Assembly: GCA_013265495.1 (NCBI GenBank)
Contig: MU063888.1
Span: 3,422,040 to 3,486,039 of the forward strand
Length of the DNA: 64,000 nucleotides
Source: Vicugna vicugna
Lineage: Eukaryota
Direction of reading: 5' to 3'
Made by a program: the position numbers and the translations under genes. Shown piece after piece: positions 41,398-51,830 of the stretch (the first letter of the stretch is position 1; each line of letters begins with the position of its first letter). The notes beneath the pieces are model-generated. The model was not told the DNA's origin, searched no databases, and worked only from the letters and a program-made list of their open reading frames with translations.

Positions 41398-41556
41398 AAC
41401 CTCTACCTGTAACCAGTGTTTCAATATATGACTATAAACCTTCTCCTGAAACAGGAGTCCTGTTTGAAATTCATTATCCAGAAAAATATAACGTTTTCAC
41501 AAGAGTCAACATAAGCTATTGGGAAGGGAAAGACTTCCGGACAATGTTATATAAAG
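41398..41556 (+). CDS. PTPRO: PTPRO exon 3 (159 nt, phase 1 to 1)
   Basis: Long pyrimidine tract ending ctgcag, donor G|GTAAGA. Translates (K)[52 protein letters not shown]. Confidence 0.97.
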
Positions 41557-43340
41557 GTAAGAGGCTAAAGAAGATGAGAAGTGATGACTAATTTTTTTTA
41601 CATGATTTTTGCCAAATTCTCTTGCTCTTGTTCTGAAGAGGTCTTATAATTCACTATTCGGTCATAAGTGAACCAATAAAAATAGTTATTAATTCATGAA
41701 AAAATGGTAGGGGAAGTCTTAGACTGTCTGGTTCATTATTTTAGAGTCACGTGTCATGCATGAGCATAAGAAAACCTACTATGACTTACAATTACTCTTG
41801 CCAAATATTATTCCTACATGTCTGGTGCAGGAGACAAATTCAAATTTAAATTTAGAAGCACCTCACCTAATGATTTCCTCCTGAGTGTATTAGGGCGTTT
41901 CTAGAACTGGGAAGCTAGAGGTGCCTTTCACAAAGTTTCACATGGAGCTGGTCCAAGATTATTCTCCAATGCAAAAGACAAGGCTTTCTGGTATATGTTT
42001 ATCAGTGCAACCAGCTAAATGATTGCATTAACATACGAAAATTGGTTTCACTATTTTTACTGGCTTGCTGGGGACTCCATGCGCAGGGAGAGAGATGAGA
42101 GAGATTGGAGGAATTAATCATTTCAAAAGAACCTGGTCACCTTCTCTGAGTAGACTATTTGGGGAGGGTTGGAGAGGGGTCGAGAGCGAGAGGGAGAGAA
42201 GGGGAGGGGGCATTCAGCTTTGGGGGAATGAACTGAACTGAACTGGAGGAATTTAAATATTCTCAGGACACAGCGCCCTAACATTTATCTGCAGGGGGTG
42301 TAGATGATGGTCTCAAAGTTGACTGGTTGCATCTGGAAGCCAGGTAGAGGACAGGTCTGCAAACACAAGGCAAAATATCCAGAAAAATGCCACCTTAACT
42401 TGCTATTTTTACAAAATCCTGATTCGGGGAGGTTTTTGTTTGTTTGTTGTTTTTTGTTTTTTTTAATGAGACAGTGTTTAAAACATACGTAGTGAATTTA
42501 CAGTTCTTTCAAACTTAAAAAAAACAAATAAACATAGACCCCACAAATTACTGCATTATCTGCAAATTAATAATTAGGACCTTATTTGCTTATTGATCAC
42601 ATAAAACTGTAAGTTCATAAATGATTGAAAAGCAGTCACTGAAAATTTCCTTTGTTAACTTAACTTTGTTAAGCTAAAATCCATGAGTTTAAAAATAAGT
42701 TAAGGAATACACTCTCTTTTTTAAGTTAATTAATTTTTAAGTTATTTTTGGCTTTTCATTCAATAAGTGGTACTTTTAGTTTCTTTCACTCATTTCTTTC
42801 TAAGTTGGACTGGATTTTTTAATATATTATTATTTTCCAAATAAAATGTTTTTCAAATAAAATTCAAATTTTTTGTTTTCTTCTTTTTTTCAAGCAGGTC
42901 CTACTTGCCAAATGACAGACAAACCATTTCACTTTAAAAATAGGGTATATTCTACAAGTGATTCTAGTGAAAACATTTCTTGTAAAATTATTTTTTCCCA
43001 AGTCATAAATTGGCAAAATGCCTCGGGTTTTTTTCTTAAAGTAAATGGTTAGCATAAACCTAATCACTATAATTTCTGTATGTTATCTTCTCTAATTAGT
43101 ACACCAAATGTTCCTATGATAAAAATTTAATTCCAATTGTATCCAATTCTTGCAGAAAAAAGCCTTGCAGGTTTGAGTCTAAAAGTCCAAATTTTCATCT
43201 CTAGTCTTCTGTCAAGTTTTTATTACTAACCATGCCAGTAGTATTCCATGGATACTTAATCAGAATTATTTAGAACTTTCTAGAAATATGTGGCATTTAG
43301 AAGACCACAATTTTAATGTAATTGATTTTTTTCTTCTTAG

Positions 43341-43493
43341 ATTTCTTTAAGGGAAAAACAGTATTTAATCACTGGCTGCCAGGGATATGTTATAGTAATA
43401 TCACCTTTCAGCTGGTATCTGAGGCAACTTTTAATAAAAGCACTCTTGTGGAGTACAGTGGTGTCAGTCATGAACCCAAAAAGCATAGAACCG
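43341..43493 (+). CDS. PTPRO: PTPRO exon 4 (153 nt, phase 1 to 1)
   Basis: Acceptor ttttcttcttag, donor G|GTAAGT. Translates (D)[50 protein letters not shown]. Confidence 0.97.
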
Positions 43494-43958
43494 GTAAGTC
43501 TTCTGGTAAGAACTGATAAGTCAAACTTGTTGGAAACAATTATTAAATTATATGTTGTTGTACACATACTTTCTATCATTCTAAGAAAAACTCTGTTCCA
43601 GAGCTAAGAAAGAAAATATATTTTTAATAATCTGAAACAAATTTGCTATCAATGTAAAAGGAACTGAGTAAAATATTCAATATGAAAAATTGTAAATGTC
43701 AATGTAATAACAGATTTATAATCTTTGAATAAAAAAGTACATGATACCACCAAAAGTTATAATTAAGTAAGTTAACTGGATCAGGTAGACATCAGTCATT
43801 CTACAACCTGAAAAAATGCCCATATGACAGAAGAACAGATACGAGACGTTCTAGTATAGATTATCAGATTATTAAAGGAAAATATTGGGATTCAGATGTA
43901 TCTGAAATTTGCAGCATTTAATATTAGCAGCATCACTAACATGAAGAACAGTCACAGG

Positions 43959-44015
43959 ATGGATGGATAGATGAATGGATGGACAGATGGGTAGGCAGAT
44001 GGAAGAATGGATAGG
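43959..44015. repeat. Degenerate (TGGA)n simple repeat
   Basis: 'ggatggatggatagatgaatggatggacagatgggtaggcagatgg'. Confidence 0.75.
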
Positions 44016-45022
44016 TAAAATAAACATACACGTTCTAAATACCCATTGCCACTACCAATATAACTGACATTTTTTCAAGCCTACTGTGCCCAAGTGTTCA
44101 ATAGGAATGTTGGAGATACTATTCATACAAACACAGGGAATGTGTTACAGTAGATCACCCCGAGACCCTGCTGATCTGAAAGTCTAAGATGTCATAATTC
44201 TCATTAATTAAGCCAAGGCAAAGAAACCAGTTCAGCTAAGTAAGTTATTCACTCCATGTCAATAAAAATCTAAGATTCTTTCTGTATTTTTTATTATTCA
44301 AATAAAGAAACACTACTCAGCACCTTTTACCCGGGAGTTATTTTAAGTACTAAAAGAGATAAAGACAAAGTCTGGTGAGACAGTTCCCTGTCCTCAAAAA
44401 TGGTAGAGGTACTAATGACACTCACACAAGGCAGGACGCGGTAAATATTACCAAACAGGCACAAAGTTCTATAACAGCACAAAAAGAGGGAGAGGTCACT
44501 TTTTATTAGAAGTTCATAGGACAGGTGATAGTTCAGCTCTGTTTGAAGGATAGGTAGAAACTGTTGCAGGCAGAGACCAAGGTGATGAGCCTTCATAATT
44601 TTCTACTATGTTTCCATAATTCATAAACTCATTTTGTGTACATAGTTTCCATTTTAGAGAGGTGAGGAGTGAAGACTAATTTCCAACATGTGTGTTCCTG
44701 TTTCTGAACGCAGTTCATACATGCAACTCTCCTAAGTGCAACTATGTCATAGAAGTGTTTGTCTTGAGAGCTGTAAGTGCACAATAGCTGCTTTTTTTGT
44801 AAGAAAGGTTTAGGGACAGAGACTGAGTTTTTTTAAAAAAGGAGATTGTGATAAGCTGAAAAATATACATAGAACTCTGCTTTGAGAGTGGCTAAATCAC
44901 CACTTGAACAAGCACAGTATCACAAAGCAATGTATTTGAAGTGTGATTGGTGATACACTTAATGTGTGCACACCATGCACAAAATCTTAGGCGTCTGTGT
45001 ACCCAAAACCACACTTGTTCTT

Positions 45023-45242
45023 TTTTTTTTTAAATATATTTGTATTGAAGTACAGTCAGTTTACAATGCTGTGTCAGTTTCTGGTGTACAGCACAATACT
45101 TCAGTCACATAGGAACATACATACATTCGTTCTCATATTCTTCTTCATCATAGGTTACAAGATGTTGAATATGGTTCCCTGTGCTGTCCAGTATAAACGT
45201 GTTGTTTATGTGTTTTACATATATTAGTATCTGCAAATCTTG
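45023..45242 (-). mobile_element. 5'-truncated L1 3' end (220 bp), antisense
   Basis: Poly-T followed by 'tgaagtacagtcagtttacaatgctgtgtcagtttctggtgtacagcac'. Perfect 17-bp TSD AAACCACACTTGTTCTT at 45006-45022 and 45243-45259. Confidence 0.9.
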
Positions 45243-45393
45243 AAACCACACTTGTTCTTGATGTAAATTATCTATACAGTAAAAGCACAACTAAACACTC
45301 TTTTGTAAATTTGCTTGTGTATTTGACTCAATAGATTAAATATTCATTATAATAGTTAAAAGTTACCTGAAAAAAAAATCCTCTGTCTTACAG

Positions 45394-45837
45394 CCCCTTA
45401 CCCACCGCAAAATATCTCAGTTCGTATTGTAAACTTGAACAAAAACAACTGGGAAGAACAGAGTGGCAGTTTCCCGGAGGAACCGTTCATGAGATCACAA
45501 GATACAATGGGAAAAGACAAACTGTTCCATTACACGGATGGAACTCCTGAAATTCCCTCTGGCAACATTTCTTCTGGTTGGCCTGACTTTAACAGCAGCG
45601 ACTATGAAACCGCATCCCCACCATACTGGTGGGACAGCGCATCTGCAACTCCTGACAGTGAAGATGAATTTGTCGGTGTTCTTCCCGTGGAATATGAAAA
45701 TAACAGTACGCTCACTGAGACTGAGAAATCAACAGCCAGTTCTTTCTCTATTTTCCCTGTACAAATGATCTTGAGTTGGTTACCACCAAAACCACCCACC
45801 GCCTTTGACGGGTTCCATATCCACATAGAAAGAGAAG
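45394..45837 (+). CDS. PTPRO: PTPRO exon 5 (444 nt, phase 1 to 1)
   Basis: Acceptor ctgtcttacag, donor G|GTAAAG. Translates (A)[24 protein letters not shown]...[26 protein letters not shown] with no stop. Confidence 0.97.
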
Positions 45838-47689
45838 GTAAAGTAATCAGAAACGAGAGGAAATAAGGAACAGTGCAAAGGAAAAGAAATTGAAACAGTT
45901 AAAAATGAAATTTAGGAAGAAAGACTGAGGGTACACAGTTAAGATCTAAAGAAAAATGGTGAAGAAAAGGAATAATTTAGCTGAGTATCCAATGCAGACT
46001 GAAACCAGAAAACAAAAATGAACAGATTGGGTCAGAATCCAGTTTGGGTAGTTGATAGGTTGCAAGTACGGGCGAATGTGTACGTTTCATTACCTGACAC
46101 TTCGTGTACCCCAGGACACTGAGGAAACTATATTTGGGAAGATTTTGAATGACAGTTCTAACCATCACAAATTACAAAATATCCTGGGGAGACGTTCTGT
46201 TTTCCAGTACACAAACTTGTGAGGAATCAGCAAAAGCATCTTTCTGACAACATGGCTACTTTTTCAAGAGTGTCAGACCTGTGTCCTGCCTATGCAGCTA
46301 CTCTCACTCCCCTTAGGCTGTGCCCCCTGAAGCCAGCACCACTCACATTTTTCCCAAAGAGGAGCCGGTAGTAGAACAGAAAATAAACAGTAGCTGGTAT
46401 TTCCACTGAAGCTATTAATATTATATATTGTATCCACTCAGCTGGCATCTGAGGGTAATTCTCCATATTTAACCCACTAATTTATGAAAAGCAGGGCCGT
46501 GGCATTCAGTAAATTTGGGTCATGACTCAGATCTGAATTACTGTTTGGTAGGTTTTTATAGTTATTTGCTGTTTGTTTTGTTTTTAACATAATGCACTTC
46601 ATTTGATACTTTCCAGGCTAGTAGTTTGGGTGGGCAAAGGTTGTCAAGTCATCAAAATTTGAGGTTAAATTGACAACCTTATTTACAGGGAAGGGCAGTC
46701 AAATCACCTAGTCTCATTTTTGACATATCATTTGCCCCTATTTTATTTAACAGAATAAAATACAAAATCTGTGGATTCCTCTATACTGATTATAGAGCAA
46801 TACATAGACTATAAAGCAATCAGCCATCCCCAAATATATATAAAATTAAAATCCTCCATCATTTCCAATTATTTTAGTCAAAAGTCTTAACATTTTCCTG
46901 GAATTATTCATATTTCTTTAAAAAGTTCGCTTAATCTGTCTTTTATTTTTCTGTTCCTCAATATATTGTATGGAAAATAGAGTCTTATAACAGAATTTTT
47001 TTAATGCCTATTTCCATGAAGGTTCAATCATGTTTTATCTGACCGCAGTATGTTCTGTTGAAGGCCACCGTAGTCACCAGATGATAATAACAACTTCAAA
47101 TGAAGTAAGAAGCAGTAGGAGATGGACTTTGAAGCAATATAAAAGTCATTTTTACTGCTAAAATTTCTGGAAGCAAACCAATGAAGGAAAAATATTACTA
47201 GTGTCAGAAAATATATCCAGAAGGATGATTTCTGCCTAGAAACAATTCAATATATTTTAAGGCATTTATGGATATTTAATGCAACCACAAAGAACTTATA
47301 TGACATTTGGTACTGGGTTTTTTTTAATCCCTTATATCCAAAGGAGAAAGTTGATTATTAATATCTTCCCCTAACGTTATACTTCTGCTTTGTGCATACA
47401 ATTTTACTGGTTAACAATATCTAAGAATGCAGTATATATCCATCCCTTATTTTATGGATTTGGACACCATATTTTAATTTGGTTATTTAAAAGTATCGTG
47501 AAAAACAGTTTGAACTCTAAGTTTTCTTTTTTTTTAATAGCAATTTTAGATTAGAGGTATAATTGAACCTGACAAAAGGAAGGAGGCAAAATATAAAAAA
47601 TACTGTTTTTAAACTAACTGACTTGTCTAGAGCAAAGGCCCTTCCAGATATTAGCTCATATATATTCTCTTTTTTTATACATGATTTAG

Positions 47690-47851
47690 AAAACTTTACT
47701 GAATATTTGACAGTGGGTGAAGAAGCACACGAATTTGTCGCAGAACTGAAGGAGCCTGGGAAATACAAGTTATCAGTGACAACCTTCAGTTCCTCGGGAT
47801 CTTGTGAAACGCGAAACAGTCAGTCAGCAAAATCACTCAGCTTCTATATCA
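47690..47851 (+). CDS. PTPRO: PTPRO exon 6 (162 nt, phase 1 to 1)
   Basis: Acceptor gatttag, donor A|GTAAGT. Translates (E)[53 protein letters not shown]. Confidence 0.96.
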
Positions 47852-50800
47852 GTAAGTACCAAAGAAATTATCTTGCATTTACAGGGGAGCTAGAACAATG
47901 GAACTGCTGAGATTAATGATACTCAGGCACCAATTATACATCAAACCTTAGAGACCCTGAGAATTTTTCAAGGTCATGAGAGGCCCGGATGCGTGAGATT
48001 TTGACAGTGGAGGAAATAAATGTATGTTTAATAGTAGCAACCCTACCTCCGGATTTAACTGGAGGATTTTTATTATTATTATTATTGTGATACTTGAACA
48101 TGTATTCAACTGACCTTCCACACTTGCCATAACAAACTCTCCAAGAACGTGGACACCCAGTTTTGGAAATAGGACTTTTGTGTGAGGCCATGATAAAAAT
48201 TGATATGGCTGGACTCTGTGAAAAGTCTCATTAGAGTATTGAGCTTGGGGAGCTTCAAAGAAAGCCAGAGATTCAAGTGTAGTAAGACCTAGGTGGTCTC
48301 CAAAAGTTAGCACAAGACTTAAGCCAGAGCATCATAAAAGCCCCAATATCAAGACTTAGGGCAGATTCTTCTGATTCCATAAGGGATAATAGCAGGGCAA
48401 CAGCTCATCTTTAAAATCTACACAAATAGTGCGTGTCTGTCATGTTTTTTGCTAATCTGACTATACTTACTAGAAGTTTAGAGGCCAAAAATCAGTTTCC
48501 TAGTTTACAAGGAGATAAATGTGTCTCTGATCAGCAGAAAGAAAAACCAGAAGGTAATGGATAAAAACTGCTTTCCACAAAGGATGACCACTGTATCTCC
48601 TCCAGAGGCAAGATACTACCTTTCATCAAAGGATCCCCAAACAGATGGGTGGGGGAAAGAGGAGGGGACAGAGGGAAGAGATCTGTTTCTTTAGCAACTT
48701 AAAAATGTTGAAAATATCCCACATAACCATTTTACTTAAGAAACAAAAAATGTCACCACTGGTGACCACCAGACATGCGGAAAAAATGCCTGTGACTGCC
48801 TTGCATGTCTGTCAGTTACGGGAGATCTTTGATGTGATATCACTTCAGAACGAGAGGCAAGCTTAGTGCTGAGCTTTCCCCCATGAGGCTAAAAATGTTT
48901 CATTAACCCAGAGATTTCCTTCTGCCAATACAGAAGCCCTGAAAGTTCCAAGAAAACTCCCACAACTCTTCTGGCCATTAGCTCTTCCCTTCTCTGAATT
49001 TCTACTGTGTTTCCTAGTGTACAACACAAAACACAGAGCTCATCTGAGTGTGGTATTTTTCCGGATCAATTCTATTTGTGTACATCTTGCTTCTCATACC
49101 AAGTTGTAAAACCTTGGCTGGGGTCATCCTATTTGCTTATTTATTAATTTTGTTGTACATTCAACAGATACTTATTGAACCACTTTCCGATGTCAGGTAC
49201 TCTGGTCTACTCTTAGAGCATCCAAATTGACCAGAGCTGCTGAGAAAGTGTCAGATTGCTCAAAAATATGACTGTTTCAAAGAAATGCATATTAATATTC
49301 ATCTAGAAAAATATACAGCACTAGAAATTTTGCATTTTCTCTGCCAATAAAAGAATGTTTTCAGAGCTTCAGATATTTTTTTCTGCAATAATGAGTTATT
49401 CAGGTGTACTGTGTATATATCTTTGATTTTAAAAGGATACTGTATTTATGTAGTTTTGAAGGCTTTGCTCAGAGACGAAAATTAAGGTAGAAATTTGCAT
49501 TAGTCTCCAACAGTCTTATGAAGGGAACATTTCTTTTATCCCATTTTTCAGGTGAAAATAAAAATTGAGTCAGAAAGTGTAGTGACTTTCCCTAGTGTCA
49601 GGACGAGAATTAGACTCTAGCAATATTTTATAGCAAAGTCCATTTCCACGGAGCCTGGAGTGACCTATCACCTTGGGTTGATAATCAGGTCAGTCCAAAT
49701 GTAAAATCGTTAAGTGAGTGAATTTGTTTTGCTTCCCATCATCTCTCCCTGTGTCCCTAGTACCCCAATAATATGTATAATTGTAATAACACTTCATATT
49801 TAAACAGTTCTCTAACACATTATAATCTCATTCGATCCCAAAAACAGTCTTGTGAAGCAGGCTAATCAGATGGCATCATGGTAACTTATCACAAAGCCCT
49901 GACCCAGAAGACAGGAGGGGTGGGTGGGTTCCCAGGCACTTACTACTTCTGTGACATTGGCTGGTCATTCATATCTCTAGGCCCCGTTTCCTCATCAGGA
50001 GAATAAGGCATTACAACTCTAAAGTCCTTTTCAATCCTAACGTTCTGTGACTTGTCCATCTGACAGATGCATGACTGGGATTCAGAGAAGTTAATCATTC
50101 GCCCAAGGTTGCATCACTAATAATGAGCAAAACCGACTTTGCGGCCAATTTTCCTGTCTCCAAACACAAGCTTTTCACTGTTTCATGGTAGCTCCAGGAA
50201 CTTTCATACAAGGGATTAAGAGCATGGATTTTGGAACCTGACTTCCTGTGTGTGAATTTCAGCTCTACTTAAGGCTACCTCTGCTTCAGTTTTCTCATCT
50301 GAAAGCAATGTTAATACTAGTATTGATCTGACCTCATGGATTAGTTTAAAAAGTAAAGGATTCAAATATGTAAACACACATAAACTTAAAACAGAGTCTG
50401 GCCGTAGCTCTGTGCCATCATTTTTATCATTATCATTTTTATTGTTATTTCCCCTGCCTCATTTACTGTGAGCCTGGGACTGCCCTCCCCAACAGACCCT
50501 TCTCCTCTCCTGGGCTCCAGGAATACAGCTTCCTAGGAAAGAACTGAGAAATGTATCCTAAGTAAATAAAAGAACTGGCATTTTAACAGGGGCTTTTGGG
50601 AGATAATAATCACCTTAACGTTTCTTGGGTCCTTACTACGTGTCAGGCACTGTGTTAATAACCACTTTGGAAATTCAAGAGAACAAAGCTAATGGCGGGC
50701 ACTTTGGGGGCGGTATTTTATAGTGAGGAATCCACCGTGTCCTCAAATTACCCCCCACCCCTTGTTAAAAGAGAAGTAAATTCCTTCTGGTGAAGAACTT

Positions 50801-50859
50801 ACCAGAACAGTCTCAGATGCACGTAACAAACGAAGTGGAGCTCCTGTCTCAGCGGAACT

Positions 50860-51480
50860 GGTTTTGCTGCGGCCGCCACGCTGTTGCTCGGGTTAATGGC
50901 TGGTCACCCAGTGGAGGCTGCTGCTGAGCAGAGGATGTAAAACCCTGTCAGTCTGGCTGCCAGTTTAACTTTGAATATCCAAGAGCAAAAGGGACACAAC
51001 CTGATTTTTAAAACTAGAATCTTGTAGCTCAACCAACTCAGCGTGAAACCTCCCTTGTGCTCTGATTCGCAACGTCCAGGCCCTTCGGGAGAGTGGATTG
51101 AAGAACTCACCGAGAAGCCCCAGCACGTGAGCGTCCACGTTCTGAGCTCCACCACGGCCCTGATGTCCTGGACGTCTTCCCAAGAGAACTACAACGGCAC
51201 CATCGTGTCTGTGGTGTCACTCACGTGCCAGAAACAGAAGGAGAGCCAGAGGCTAGAGAAGCAGTACTGCACTCAGGTAGCGCAGAGGCGGGGCGGACGG
51301 GCTCGCGCACCCCGCGCATCACGGCCCCGCGGGCGGCGCGCGGAGCTCGGCACCGGCCTCGGGGCCTCCCGGGTGCATTGTGGGTAGCGGTGCCGCGAGC
51401 GGGGGGCGGAGCCAGGAGCCCAGCGCGCGCAGGGCGCTTCCATCACAGCTGCCTTCCCTTTCCCTCTTAGGGCCACCGGC
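50860..51480. promoter_or_regulatory. Intragenic CpG-island-like segment over exon 7 and the start of intron 7
   Basis: About 28 CpG in 51281-51440 (hand count). GC boxes at 51290-51296 and 51403-51412. NotI site at 50869-50876. Confidence 0.7.
51080..51276 (+). CDS. PTPRO: PTPRO exon 7 (197 nt, phase 1 to 0)
   Basis: Acceptor aacgtccag, donor CAG|GTAGCG. Translates (S)[65 protein letters not shown], with an FN3 'P..v.v.....l.vsW' motif. Confidence 0.96.
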
Positions 51481-51664
51481 TTCCCTTTGCTTTCATCCCA
51501 CCTTTAAGAGAATTTACTGAGCACTTCCGATGTGCCGGGTGCCGGGATAGATGTTGGGGATCTAGGCAGCTTCCGTACATCCTGCTCTTGCAGAGTTTAT
51601 AATCTAATGATGATAATGGGGAAATGAACATATAATTACCGCAGAGTATAAAATAAGGCCTAGG

Positions 51665-51830
51665 TTAAGCACAGGGAACTATAATCAATACCTTGTAATA
51701 GCCTATAATGAAAAGGAATATGAAAAGGAATATATATATATATATAGGTATTGCTGAATCACTATGCTGTACACCAAAAATTAACATTGTAAGCCGACCA
51801 TACTTAAGTAAAAAACTAAAAAGTAAATTT
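51665..51830 (+). mobile_element. L1 3' end (cetartiodactyl-type)
   Basis: 'agcacagggaactataatcaataccttgtaatagcctataatgaaaagg...gaatcactatgctgtacacc'. Confidence 0.85.
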
